DNA of 64,000 bases from Oscillospiraceae bacterium. Its GTDB lineage: Bacteria; Bacillota; Clostridia; Oscillospirales; UBA929. The notes below the pieces were generated by a model that was not told the DNA's origin, made no database searches, and was given only the letters and a program-made list of their open reading frames with translations. Positions 10,025 to 20,885 of this stretch are shown in pieces (the stretch's first letter is position 1; each line of letters opens with the position of its first letter). Both the position numbers and the translations under genes were made by a program. Where the stretch lies: NCBI GenBank assembly GCA_031556185.1, contig JAVBTN010000002.1:76796-140795 (forward strand), in the 5' to 3' direction.

Positions 10025-10966
10025 ATGGTAAGGTATATAATCAAGCGCGTGTTCGCGATGATTATCTCGCTTTGGTGCATCATCACGATTACATTTGTGC
10101 TGATGCATTCCATTCCCGGCGGCCCGTTTACGCGTGAAAAACCCTTGCCCGAGGCCATTATTAAAGTGCTAAACGAGAGGTACAAACTGGACGACCCGCT
10201 TATCCAGCAGTATTGGGACTATCTGTCCAATGCCGTAAGAGGCGATTTTGGCCCTTCGTTCCAGCACCAGGATCAAATGGTGGCCGACATCATCGCCAAA
10301 GGCCTTCCCTACACGATGCGTCTCGGGGGCACTGTCTTGATTGTGGTCATCCTGCTGGGGGTTCCCTTGGGCATTATCGCCGCCCTCAGGCAAAACAAGT
10401 CGGCCGACTACGTCGTCATGCTCATCGCCACCATCGGCATAACCATACCCGGTTTCGTCATGGCGGCGCTGCTGATGTATATTTTCAGCATGAAGCTTGG
10501 GTGGTTCCCCGCCATTTCCTCCAAGATGGAGACATGGAAGGCGATGGTCTTGCCTGTGGCGGCCTTGTGCGGCTATCCGCTGTCGTTTATCACAAGGCTC
10601 ACCAAGTCCTCCATGCTCGACGTTTTGCAGCAGGACTATATCCGGACGGCGCGCGCCAAGGGGATCTCCGAGACCAAGGTTGTGCTCAAACACGCCCTGA
10701 AAAACGGTTTGATTCCCGTAATCACCTATATGGCGCCGCTGATTGCCGCGTTGCTCACCGGTTCCTTTGTCGTTGAGAGAACATTTACCATTCCTGGTAT
10801 CGGGCGCCTGTATGTGGAGTCCATCACAGGACGCGACTACACGGCCATTATGGGCATGACAATCTTTTTTGCGGTCATCCTGATTGTTCTCACGTTTGTT
10901 GTCGACTTGCTTTACGGGTTGATCGATCCGCGCATTAAACTTGGTGTCGGGAAGGGGGGGGAGTAG
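10025..10966 (+). CDS. oppB: Oligopeptide ABC transporter permease
   Basis: MVRYIIKRVF..IPGGPF..DDPLIQQYWDYL N-terminus typical of OppB/DppB, with an EAA-like loop (YIRTARAKGISE). AGGAGG 6 nt before the ATG at 10025. Confidence 0.9.
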   Translation: MVRYIIKRVFAMIISLWCIITITFVLMHSIPGGPFTREKPLPEAIIKVLNERYKLDDPLIQQYWDYLSNAVRGDFGPSFQHQDQMVADIIAKGLPYTMRLGGTVLIVVILLGVPLGIIAALRQNKSADYVVMLIATIGITIPGFVMAALLMYIFSMKLGWFPAISSKMETWKAMVLPVAALCGYPLSFITRLTKSSMLDVLQQDYIRTARAKGISETKVVLKHALKNGLIPVITYMAPLIAALLTGSFVVERTFTIPGIGRLYVESITGRDYTAIMGMTIFFAVILIVLTFVVDLLYGLIDPRIKLGVGKGGE

Positions 10967-10967
10967 C

Positions 10968-11990
10968 ATGAAAAACAACGGCAAGCAGATGCCTGAAAAT
11001 ACACCGCCGACCGAGGCGAAAAAGATCACCAATGCAATGTTCAGGCCGATCGCCGATCATGAAAAGGCAGACGCCATTGTGCGCCCCAGCCTGACCTATT
11101 GGCAGGACGCCTGGCGCCGTCTGCGCCGCAACCCGCCGGCCATGGTTGGTCTCGTTATCATTTTGATCATGGCGATCAGCTGCATCATCATCCCCATGTT
11201 TTCCGCGTACACTTACGATCTGCAGATTAGGGCGGACAGAAACCTGGCGCCTTGTGCCGCGCATATTTTCGGCACGGACGACCTCGGGCGCGATCTGTTT
11301 ATTCGTGTGGTCTACGGTGCGCGCATTTCGCTGTCCATCGGCTTGGTTGCCTCTCTCATCAACCTGACCATCGGTGTGCTTTATGGCGGCATTTCCGGCT
11401 ATATGGGCGGCAAGGTGGACATGATCTTGATGCGCATTGTGGAAATTCTTGACTCCATCCCGCTCCTGCTGTATGTTATCTTGCTGCAGGTCACCTTTAA
11501 GGAGCCCATGAAGGCCTGGTTTCAGGGCCTGAAGGCCTTTAAAGGGCTGCAGGCCGTTGGGCCGCAGCTGTTACTCGTGTATATTGTTCTGGGGCTTGTC
11601 TACTGGGTGGGCATGGCGCGCATTGTCCGCGGCCAAGTGATGACCATCAAGGGCCAGGAGTATGTTATGGCCGCCAAGAGCCAGGGCGCGAGTACCATGC
11701 GCATTATCCTGCGCCACCTGATTCCCAACTCGGTGGGGCAGATCATCGTCATGGGCACCATGGCCATTCCCACCGCTATTTTCACCGAATCTTTCCTCAG
11801 TTATATCGGGCTGGGGGTTGCTGTACCCATGGCGTCGTGGGGGTCTTTGGCCAGTGACGCTGTCAAGGGTTTGCAGAGCTTCCCGTATCGGCTGTTGTTC
11901 CCGGCCGGGGCCATCTGTTTGACTGTTCTTTCGTTTAATCTCTTGGGCGACGGGCTGCGCGATGCGCTCGATCCGCGCCTGCGGAAGTAG
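10968..11990 (+). CDS. oppC: Oligopeptide ABC transporter permease
   Basis: HIFGTDDLGRDLFIRVVYGARISL and YVMAAKSQGAS are OppC/DppC signatures. The ATG at 10968 lies immediately after the oppB stop. Confidence 0.9.
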   Translation: MKNNGKQMPENTPPTEAKKITNAMFRPIADHEKADAIVRPSLTYWQDAWRRLRRNPPAMVGLVIILIMAISCIIIPMFSAYTYDLQIRADRNLAPCAAHIFGTDDLGRDLFIRVVYGARISLSIGLVASLINLTIGVLYGGISGYMGGKVDMILMRIVEILDSIPLLLYVILLQVTFKEPMKAWFQGLKAFKGLQAVGPQLLLVYIVLGLVYWVGMARIVRGQVMTIKGQEYVMAAKSQGASTMRIILRHLIPNSVGQIIVMGTMAIPTAIFTESFLSYIGLGVAVPMASWGSLASDAVKGLQSFPYRLLFPAGAICLTVLSFNLLGDGLRDALDPRLRK

Positions 11991-12011
11991 GTGCGAGTTG
12001 TGAGTGAATAC

Positions 12012-13013
<1,002 letters not shown>

Positions 13014-13018
13014 GCGGT

Positions 13019-13993
13019 ATGGATGACAAGCGGCGCAAGCAGTCCGACCGGCCACTGCTGGAAGTAAAAAACCTCAAAAAGTATTTTTCCGTCAACAGGG
13101 GTATGCTCAAAGCGGTCGACGATGTTTCTTTTTCCATCGCGCGTGGCGAGACATTGGGTTTGGTGGGTGAGTCCGGTTGCGGCAAGACAACCGTGGGCCG
13201 TACCATTGTCCGGCTCTACAATCCCACGGGGGGCGAAATCCTCTTCGAGGACGTCAACATAGCCTGTCTCAAGGAAAAGGCGCTGATGCCCTTTCGGAGT
13301 CGTATGCAGATCATCTTTCAGGATCCTTACGCTTCGCTCAACCCGCGCATGACCATCGGCGACATCATTTCCGAGCCCATTATCATCCACAAACTGGCCA
13401 AGGGGCAGGAAAAGCAAAACCGCGTGTATCAGCTGCTCGACTATGTCGGACTGGCGCGGTCGTATGCCAGCCGATATCCGCATGAGTTTTCCGGCGGTCA
13501 GCGACAGCGCATCGGTATTGCGCGGGCACTGGCCTCAGATCCGGAGCTCATCGTGTGCGACGAGCCTATCTCCGCGCTGGATGTATCAATTCAGGCGCAG
13601 GTTGTCAACCTCCTTGATGATTTGCAGAAGGAAAAAGGGCTCACCTATCTGTTCATCGCGCATGACCTGTCCATGGTGCAGCACATTTCCGACCGCGTGG
13701 GCGTCATGTATCTGGGCCATCTGATGGAACTGGCGCCCAGCGATGACCTGTACACCCATCCGCTGCACCCCTATACCATTGCGCTGATGTCGGCGATCCC
13801 GGCGCCCGATCCCAAAGCGGCGGCGCAATCCAAGCGTATCATTCTGGAAGGCGACGTACCCTCTCCGATTAGTCCGCCCAGCGGATGCACTTTCCGCACG
13901 CGGTGCCCAAAGGCGGCGGACACGTGCGCTGAAACTATACCCGTGTTGCGCGAGGTCAGACCCGGTCACTGGGTCGCGTGCCACATGATCTGA
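13019..13993 (+). CDS. oppF: Oligopeptide ABC transporter ATP-binding protein
   Basis: Walker [10 protein letters not shown], signature FSGGQRQR, Walker [17 protein letters not shown] motif. AAAGGGG 10 nt before the ATG at 13019. The ORF is open from 13010. Confidence 0.9.
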   Translation: MDDKRRKQSDRPLLEVKNLKKYFSVNRGMLKAVDDVSFSIARGETLGLVGESGCGKTTVGRTIVRLYNPTGGEILFEDVNIACLKEKALMPFRSRMQIIFQDPYASLNPRMTIGDIISEPIIIHKLAKGQEKQNRVYQLLDYVGLARSYASRYPHEFSGGQRQRIGIARALASDPELIVCDEPISALDVSIQAQVVNLLDDLQKEKGLTYLFIAHDLSMVQHISDRVGVMYLGHLMELAPSDDLYTHPLHPYTIALMSAIPAPDPKAAAQSKRIILEGDVPSPISPPSGCTFRTRCPKAADTCAETIPVLREVRPGHWVACHMI

Positions 13994-14021
13994 AAATTGG
14001 CAAAAATTCACGAGTATATGC

Positions 14022-14059
14022 GCCCCGATCTCCGAACAAGAGATCGGGGCTTTTTGTTT
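14022..14059 (+). terminator. Rho-independent terminator of opp operon
   Basis: GCCCCGATCTC-CGAACAA-GAGATCGGGGC followed by TTTTTGTTT. Confidence 0.75.
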
Positions 14060-14267
14060 CTTATTCAGTATTTAGAATGATTTTTTTGATCCTTTTCACT
14101 GTAAAAAGTATGTATCCCAAATGTCGTCATTGAGAGGTCTGGTCCAAAAAGGGGCCGGTTTTGTGGGTGTGCCGACAAATAACCCTAAACTTTTTACGCG
14201 GATGTTTCGATGACAAATATGTAATATCTGGAAGATGAGCTGACATTCTATTTTAGGAGGACATAAT

Positions 14268-15605
14268 GTGAAAAGGACTTTGACTCTCATTCTGGCGTTG
14301 GCGATGTGCTTTTCCATGGCGGCCGTTCAGGTCTTTGCCGCCGGCAACGACGATGAAAATGTGGGGCAGGATCTGCCGGTTGACATGGCGGCCACCTTCC
14401 CGGATGTCAACTTCCGCAACGCAGTATATGACGCTTTAAGGGTGCCCAGAGGAGGCTCTCTCTATCCGGTGCAGCTGGCCAACACCACGTCTCTGGACGT
14501 CTCGTCTCGCAGCATTTTTAACCTGACGGGCATCGGCGTTTTCACCAACCTGCTGACGCTCAGGTGTGACGGAAATTATCTCCTCACTTTGGATGTGTCG
14601 CAAAACACCAAGTTGACGTCGCTCAGTTGCTCCTTTAACAACCTCAGAACGCTGCGTGTGTCACAAAACAACCAGTTGACGACATTATACTGCGCCCGAA
14701 ACCAGCTGACCGAGCTGAACCTGAACGCCTCGCAGGCGCTTCAGACTCTCAGCTGTGAGTATAACCGCATCACAGCGCTGGATCTCTCCGGCAGCCCCGC
14801 CCTGAAACGACTGGACTGCTACTCCAACCAGCTGACGTCGCTCAGCCTGCCTGACAACAAAGCGCTAACCTGGCTGGACTGCTCGTTTAACCAGCTGACA
14901 GCCTTATCCCTGATCGGCTGCCCCAATCTGACGAGCTTTGTCGGCTATTACAATCAGCTGCGCATTCTTGACATGGCCGGTTGCGAGAATCTGACCGAGC
15001 TGTTTTGCGCGTACAATGCTCTGGGAACACTCGACCTGTCATACCATCCGGCGCTCACGTCCATCAACTGTGGCCATAACGGACTGACGTCATTGGATCT
15101 GTCAGGCAACAGCCTGTTGGCCTATGTCACTTGCAGTGAAAATGAATTGACCAGGCTGTCGCTGACCGGCCTCTCACGCCTGGTGTATCTGGATTGCTCG
15201 GACAACAACGTGGACAGCCTGAATGTCACCGACTGCCGCGCACTGGCGCAACTCGACTGCCGTAGCAACTACCTGTCCGCCCCTTCGGCGATCGTCAACC
15301 TGGCGCCGTCCGTGCGCCTGTTGTTTGCCTCGCAGAAAGCGATACCGCTGAGCGGCCTTTCATTTGCCACATCCTCTATGAGTCTGAAAAGAGGCAAATC
15401 CGTTTTGCTGGAAGAAAAGTTGGTGTTTGCCCCGGCCAATGCCACCAACAAGGCGTTTACCTGCACGTCGTCCAACCCGACTGTGGCCGCCGTGGCCGCC
15501 GATGGCAAGACAATTGTCGGCGTCAAACCGGGCATGTCTGTTATCCGCGTCACCAGCGCCGACGGCGGATATGCCGCGCAACTGCTTCTGACAGTGACCA
15601 TGTGA
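14268..15605 (+). CDS. Secreted leucine-rich-repeat protein with C-terminal Big_2 domain
   Basis: Signal peptide MKRTLTLILALAMCFSMAAVQVFAAG. About 13 tandem 22-23-aa LRRs (LTxLxCxxNQLTxLxL...). C-terminal Big_2-like block (SGLSFATSSMSLKRGKS..VIRVTSADGGYAAQLLLTV). TAGGAGG RBS before the GTG at 14268. Confidence 0.88.
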   Translation: MKRTLTLILALAMCFSMAAVQVFAAGNDDENVGQDLPVDMAATFPDVNFRNAVYDALRVPRGGSLYPVQLANTTSLDVSSRSIFNLTGIGVFTNLLTLRCDGNYLLTLDVSQNTKLTSLSCSFNNLRTLRVSQNNQLTTLYCARNQLTELNLNASQALQTLSCEYNRITALDLSGSPALKRLDCYSNQLTSLSLPDNKALTWLDCSFNQLTALSLIGCPNLTSFVGYYNQLRILDMAGCENLTELFCAYNALGTLDLSYHPALTSINCGHNGLTSLDLSGNSLLAYVTCSENELTRLSLTGLSRLVYLDCSDNNVDSLNVTDCRALAQLDCRSNYLSAPSAIVNLAPSVRLLFASQKAIPLSGLSFATSSMSLKRGKSVLLEEKLVFAPANATNKAFTCTSSNPTVAAVAADGKTIVGVKPGMSVIRVTSADGGYAAQLLLTVTM

Positions 15606-15621
15606 CCGAAAATAGAAATAT

Positions 15622-15672
15622 AATAAAAAATAGAAATAATGCAGGAGCCCGCTGGCTCCTGCATTATTTCTA
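15622..15672. terminator. Bidirectional hairpin terminator between convergent genes
   Basis: Perfect 17-bp stem GAAATAATGCAGGAGCC/GGCTCCTGCATTATTTC. On the minus strand a T-rich tract (TATTTTTTATTAT) follows the hairpin. Confidence 0.65.
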
Positions 15673-15777
15673 TACGACAATCAAAACAAAGAAAACCCTG
15701 AAACAGTCGGAGTATGGCGCAGAAAAGGGAGTGGCCTTCGTCCGCCTCTTACCGGTCCCACAACGTCTACCAGAATA

Positions 15778-16992
15778 TCATTCCATAAATTCATTGCACC
15801 ACAGCACGGCGTCCAGGTACAGCCGCGTCATGTTCTGCTCCGACAGCCCCAGCTGCACGCATTTGTCTAACACTTCCTCCCACAAACCCTGTTCATAGGA
15901 CGCGAGCATGTCCAGCACAACGACCTCCATCCCGTTTTTTGTCAGCAGCGGCGCGGACACCTCGGCAGGCACCGACATTTGTGCCATCAACTCGGGCATC
16001 GGCTGCTCCAAAATAACATCGATCAAGGAAAACAGGCCGATCATAAACAGGACTTCCGTGTTTTCCGAAGCCAAATGAAGTTGCCCGTACACTTCCAGAA
16101 AGCGGCCGCGAATCATGGACATGCGTACCAGCTCCGGGGTTTTTCCGGTGTTGATACCCACCATGGCCAACAGGGAAATCCACTTGCGGATTTCCTTCAT
16201 GCCCAGGATGGCCAGACCATGCTGAATGTCCTTGACCATGTAACGCATGCCAAAATAGACGGAGTTGACCAGCCGCAGCAACCGGTAGGAGAGCACCACA
16301 TCGCGGCGGATGATATTGGCCAGATGGGTAAAATCCACTTCTTTTCGGTTGACCAAGCGAATCAGGCGCAAGTAGTTGACCATCAACGGCTCCACTTTTT
16401 TTTCGGACAGAATGGTGGGGCGGCTAAAAAAGTACCCTTGAAAGAGCGAAAAATGCATGGCGAGCGCTTTGTCAAACATCTCTCGGGTTTCAATCTTCTC
16501 CGCCAGCAAAATGGGTTTATCGGGCCCGAGATTGGCCGCCAACTGCTCGATTTCATGTTTGGGTGTGTTCAGCCAGTCGACTTTGATGATATCGGCCAGG
16601 GCCAGCAGCTGGCGACGCTCCGGCGTGTTGCGAAAATCATCCAGTGCCAGCATGTATCCGGCCTGCTTGAGTTCTCGGCAGGCCTTCAGTACCGCAGGCG
16701 TGGCCATGACATCCTCCAAGATTTCGACAACAAGGTAGCGACTGGGAAAAAGTGTGGCAACGCCAGCCTCAATCAGGTTTGAGGTAAAGTTGATAAACGC
16801 CAGCTTGCCGCCTGTGATTTTCTCAATGCCCAGACTGTGAAACGTGGACATGACTGTCTCGGAGGAGGCGCGATCCGGGTTGAGAAGGGTGCCGGCAAAG
16901 TTGTGTTCGCCATCAAAGCGGTACAGCAACTCATAGGCGTACACGCTCATTCGGTGGTCGAATATGGGTTGTCTGGCAATAAACTGCTTCAA
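15778..16992 (-). CDS. EAL + HDOD domain signalling protein (YuxH/PdeH-like putative c-di-GMP phosphodiesterase)
   Basis: EAL-domain residues are visible: YELLYR, FINFT, VVEILED, LDDF, IKVD, AEKIET, QGYFFSRP. An HDOD-like helical half follows (LRLIRLVN..LRLVNSVYFG..LLAMVG). I prefer TTG 16992 (GAAGGAG RBS 7 nt upstream) over the listed 17142 start, which would overlap the upstream gene. Confidence 0.85.
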   Translation of the reverse strand: MKQFIARQPIFDHRMSVYAYELLYRFDGEHNFAGTLLNPDRASSETVMSTFHSLGIEKITGGKLAFINFTSNLIEAGVATLFPSRYLVVEILEDVMATPAVLKACRELKQAGYMLALDDFRNTPERRQLLALADIIKVDWLNTPKHEIEQLAANLGPDKPILLAEKIETREMFDKALAMHFSLFQGYFFSRPTILSEKKVEPLMVNYLRLIRLVNRKEVDFTHLANIIRRDVVLSYRLLRLVNSVYFGMRYMVKDIQHGLAILGMKEIRKWISLLAMVGINTGKTPELVRMSMIRGRFLEVYGQLHLASENTEVLFMIGLFSLIDVILEQPMPELMAQMSVPAEVSAPLLTKNGMEVVVLDMLASYEQGLWEEVLDKCVQLGLSEQNMTRLYLDAVLWCNEFME

Positions 16993-17024
16993 AACCGACT
17001 CTCCTTCGTCCCGCTTGCCCGATT

Positions 17025-17591
17025 TTATGCTTGCGCCTGTGCTCGTTCTACCGCCTGCATGGCCTCCAGCGTTTCGGTCAGCAGCCTGTCTAACGGCCAG
17101 CCCAGCATGTCGGCGCCCTGGGCCATCACTTGCCGTGAACATCCCGCGGCAAACGCTGGGGTGCTGTATTTCTTTTTGAGGGACTTGAGTTCCATGTCCA
17201 ATGTGCTTTGGGACGGTCGCAACCGTGTGCAGGCCCCAATCAGTCCGGTCAGCTCGTCGGTGGCAAACAGCACTTTCTCCATAAAATGGGTTGGTTCAAT
17301 GTCAACTGTCAACCCGTAACCGTGGCTTGCCACCGCATGAATCAGCGCTTCGTCCACTTCCCTCTCCCGCAGCATTGCCTGCACCTGGATGCAGTGCCGG
17401 TCGGGATATTCTTCAAAATCCAAGTCGTGCAGCAGACCGGCCATCCCCCAAAAATCCGGATCATGGCCGTAACGTTCGGCAAAAAATCTCATGACGCCTT
17501 CGACCGTCAGCGCATGTTTGCGGTGAAACTCCTCTTGATTGTGCGCACACAGCAAGTCGTATGCATCCTTCCTGTTCAGTATCGTTCCCAT
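17025..17591 (-). CDS. HD-domain metal-dependent phosphohydrolase
   Basis: H..HD..D pattern (HALTVEGV...GLLHDLDFE...HAVASHG). AAGGAGG RBS before the ATG at 17591. Lies 32 nt upstream of the EAL-HDOD gene on the same strand. Confidence 0.85.
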   Translation of the reverse strand: MGTILNRKDAYDLLCAHNQEEFHRKHALTVEGVMRFFAERYGHDPDFWGMAGLLHDLDFEEYPDRHCIQVQAMLREREVDEALIHAVASHGYGLTVDIEPTHFMEKVLFATDELTGLIGACTRLRPSQSTLDMELKSLKKKYSTPAFAAGCSRQVMAQGADMLGWPLDRLLTETLEAMQAVERAQAQA

Positions 17592-18140
17592 GGGGCCGAC
17601 CTCCTTATTCCAATTGCCGACAGTGTATCACAAAAGTCGTCCGCAGAAAATGACAGTTTGAACGCGCGCGCGAAAAAAGGTAGGAAAGCCCACGCTGTTC
17701 CTGTAACGGTTATCGATATATCTGCCGCCGTTCATAAGAACGATTTGCGGACAAACAGAGCGCCCCGCGTGTTGAGTTCCCTATTTTCCCTCTTCTGGAA
17801 ATCTTATTCGCTTGCATGGCGGCCTCTGCTCTCCAACGTCGGCCAAGTTCGATACATTTCGTAATTTTTATCCTCTTTTCTACAAATCGGAATTATTAAT
17901 TCCCACTTTTGTCCAGCCACTCTCTTCTGACCCATCATCCATATCCCATGTTCATAGCGGCGGCGCGTTTCAAAACAGGCCGCCATCACCCGGTCGCAGC
18001 AAATTTTTTAGAATTACCGTGCGCCGTTGGCGCGTTTCCGCGCGCACGCAAATAGACGACAGACGCTGCTATCAGGGTGGCTGCAGCATGCAGTCTCCCT
18101 TTTCTCGGCAAAATGCCCGGGGCAAATGACGGCGGGAACC

Positions 18141-18168
18141 TTGACATTTTTGCTCAAAAATGTATAAT
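18141..18168 (+). promoter_or_regulatory. Candidate sigma-A promoter of oppA-like gene
   Basis: TTGACA (18141..18146), 16-nt spacer, TATAAT (18163..18168). About 110 nt upstream of the ATG at 18278. Confidence 0.55.
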
Positions 18169-18277
18169 AAACTATCAAGTGTAAGCTGTCAGTTCTATAT
18201 CCTTTGAACAGTTTTACTTGGCAGGGTTTTCACTTCGTGTGTTTCCCTGCATAAAAATTGAGTAGTAGGAGGAAAAC

Positions 18278-20002
18278 ATGATGAAAAAGACACGTATTCT
18301 CGCGCTTCTCATGGCCGTCGCCTTACTTGTCGGCCTGCTCGGTGCTTGCGGCACACCGTCGAGCACCTCTCCCACACCGGGTGACACCGCTACGCCCGGC
18401 GATACCGGCGAACCCACGCCCACTCCGGATGTACAAACCACCGAACCTACACCCAATGGCGACAGCAGCGCCATCTACTATCACTTGGGTGCCACACCCA
18501 AATCCCTCGACCCGCAGAAAAACAACGCTACCGACGGTGCCACCGTCATTCAGAGCTGCTTTGACGGCTTGACCCGCCGCGACAAAGACAGCAAAATCGT
18601 CCCTGGCATTGCCGAGAGCTGGGACATTTCCGACGATCAGCTGGTGTGGACATTCCATCTGCGCGATGCCCTGTGGTCCGACGGCAAACCCGTAACCAGT
18701 GATGACTTTGTGTTCGGTCTGCAAAGACTTGTTGACCCCATGACCGAGTGCGAGTATTCCTATCAAGGATGGTATATCAAAAACGGCGAGAAGATTACCA
18801 CGGGCGCTGACGGCTTAACCCCGGCCGACCTCGGTGTCAAAGCGATCGATGAGAAGACACTGGAAATTACGCTGGCAGGCCCCTGCGGCTACTTTACCGA
18901 AGTGACAGCATTCCCGGCGCTCTATCCGGTGCGCCGAGATATCGTCACCGCAAATGCAGACTGGGCTCTCAAACCTGAGACCTACATCACCAACGGCGCC
19001 TATAAAATTAGTGAGTTCACCCAGCAGGACAAGATTGTCATGGTCAAGAGCGAGACCTACTGGGACTCCGCCAGCATGCCTTGCCCCACCGTCGTCAACC
19101 TGTTGACCGACGATGACGCCGCGGCGCTGATCGCTTTCCAGACCGGCGAGATGGACATTGCCGAAAGCTTCCCCGCAGAAGAGACACAGAGCATGAAGGA
19201 TCAGGGCTTCTTCAGAGTGGCCCCCATCATCGGCACCTATTTCTCCATCATCAACATTGAAAAAAACAACGACGCGCTGATGAACCGCGAAGTGCGCAGA
19301 GCGCTGGCGTTGGCCATTGATCGTCAGTATATCATTGATGTTATCCAAAACGAAGGCATTCCCGCTTATGCGTTTGTCTGCCCGGGCATGCCGGACATCA
19401 CCGGTGACTTCCGTGAAAACGGCGGCAACTACTTCGGTTCCGGCAACTATGAAACCGACCTGGCTGAAGCCAAGGAGATCCTCAAGACCGCCGGCTACAG
19501 TGTCGACGGTTCCGAAGGAAAAGCGCTGCCCAACGTGACCTACAAGTTTAACACCAACACCGGCCATCAGAAGGTCGCCGAGTTGCTGCAAGACCAATGG
19601 AAACAGCTGGGCCTTAACGTCTCGATTGAGACCATGGAGTGGGCCGTATTCCAGACCGCCCGCACCGAGGGCGACTTCGAGATTGCCCGTCACGGCTGGC
19701 TGGGCGACTATGTCGACCCAATGACTTTCCTGGACATGTGGGTTTCCGGCTCCGGTCAGAACGACTGCCGCTTCAAGAATGCAGAGTTTGACACACTGAT
19801 CGACACCGCCAAGAAGTCCAGCGATCAAGCCCTCCGCATGGAGTCCCTGCACAAGGCGGAAAAGCTGTTGATGGATGAATACTGCGTCATCCCGATTTAC
19901 TACTACACCAACCTCTGGTTGGACAACGGCAAAGTCAAAGACTATGTGCACGATCCTTTGCTCGGCCACATGTTCTTTAAGTGGGCCTCCAAAACCGCAT
20001 AA
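18278..20002 (+). CDS. oppA: Peptide ABC transporter substrate-binding lipoprotein (family 5 SBP)
   Basis: Lipobox LLGAC in MMKKTRILALLMAVALLVGLLGACG, then a Pro/Thr linker. The SBP_bac_5-like body includes GLTRRDKDSKIVPGIAESWDIS..WTFHLRDALWSDG. GGAGG RBS present. Confidence 0.9.
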   Translation: MMKKTRILALLMAVALLVGLLGACGTPSSTSPTPGDTATPGDTGEPTPTPDVQTTEPTPNGDSSAIYYHLGATPKSLDPQKNNATDGATVIQSCFDGLTRRDKDSKIVPGIAESWDISDDQLVWTFHLRDALWSDGKPVTSDDFVFGLQRLVDPMTECEYSYQGWYIKNGEKITTGADGLTPADLGVKAIDEKTLEITLAGPCGYFTEVTAFPALYPVRRDIVTANADWALKPETYITNGAYKISEFTQQDKIVMVKSETYWDSASMPCPTVVNLLTDDDAAALIAFQTGEMDIAESFPAEETQSMKDQGFFRVAPIIGTYFSIINIEKNNDALMNREVRRALALAIDRQYIIDVIQNEGIPAYAFVCPGMPDITGDFRENGGNYFGSGNYETDLAEAKEILKTAGYSVDGSEGKALPNVTYKFNTNTGHQKVAELLQDQWKQLGLNVSIETMEWAVFQTARTEGDFEIARHGWLGDYVDPMTFLDMWVSGSGQNDCRFKNAEFDTLIDTAKKSSDQALRMESLHKAEKLLMDEYCVIPIYYYTNLWLDNGKVKDYVHDPLLGHMFFKWASKTA

Positions 20003-20028
20003 TCATCCGCATATAACAAGGCGCCGGG

Positions 20029-20051
20029 TCGTATGATCCGGCGCCTTTCCA
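20029..20051. terminator. Hairpin between convergent oppA and flavoprotein genes
   Basis: AAGGCGCCGG-GTCGTATGAT-CCGGCGCCTT followed by TCC. The T tail is weak. Confidence 0.5.
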
Positions 20052-20061
20052 TATCCATGCA

Positions 20062-20844
20062 CTATTTGAACGTATTGCGCATCAGCGCAAAAATGACACC
20101 GCTGTAGAGTTTTTTGAAAACGCCCAGTGTATGGCGCGTATCGTAGGCGGATTGGGCCAGCCCGCTCTCCTGCCAGTATATGTAGTCGGCCGTCGGAGCG
20201 CCGGTGGATAGCGAACTGGCGCGCCATACCTGCTGATAAAACAGTCGCTTCAGACTGGGCTTGTGCAGACGGCCCGAGAACACATCGTCAAAAAACCGCT
20301 GACCCACGCGCTGGCAGTGTGCCTTGTGCTTGGGACTTGGCTCCGCCGCCCCTCTGCGCGTGGCCGACAACGTATACACCTTGTCAAAACCCCAATGCAT
20401 CAGTATGCCGCGAAGAAACTCACCCGCCTGTCTCACGCCGCCGCCCTGGGTGCTGCACACTACCAGCGCTTTTTTATCAAAAAACCGCGGTCTGTGAAAG
20501 TGATATGAGGTCAGATCCAGGAAGTTTTTTATGAGCCCTGTGACATGCATCGAATAGACCGGGCTGGTGATGATCAGGCAGTCCGCCTCCGCCAGCGCGT
20601 GCAAAATCGGCTGCACAACCGCCTGAAAGGGGCAGTGATCCTCCCCTTTGTAAAAACAGATATAGCAGCCTCTGCAAAATGGCAGATTCAGATCGGCCAG
20701 CCGAATATCGCAGTACTCTATATCGTCCCGATGGGCCAAAACACCCTTGACCTCCTCCACCAGCTGCACCGTAAAGGCAGGGCTGAACGCATCGCCCAAA
20801 CGATACTCCTTGCTGGGGCTGCCATGAATGATGAGACACTTCAA
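20062..20844 (-). CDS. Flavodoxin-fold NAD(P)H-dependent FMN reductase / iron-sulfur flavoprotein-like protein
   Basis: MKCLIIHGSPSK, CRGCYICF and ITSPVYSMHVTG motifs. TTG start at 20844 with AAGGTGA upstream. Confidence 0.8.
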   Translation of the reverse strand: MKCLIIHGSPSKEYRLGDAFSPAFTVQLVEEVKGVLAHRDDIEYCDIRLADLNLPFCRGCYICFYKGEDHCPFQAVVQPILHALAEADCLIITSPVYSMHVTGLIKNFLDLTSYHFHRPRFFDKKALVVCSTQGGGVRQAGEFLRGILMHWGFDKVYTLSATRRGAAEPSPKHKAHCQRVGQRFFDDVFSGRLHKPSLKRLFYQQVWRASSLSTGAPTADYIYWQESGLAQSAYDTRHTLGVFKKLYSGVIFALMRNTFK

Positions 20845-20885
20845 GTACGTTCACCTTCTCTATCTCCGCTTCAGCACGGGTCGAC

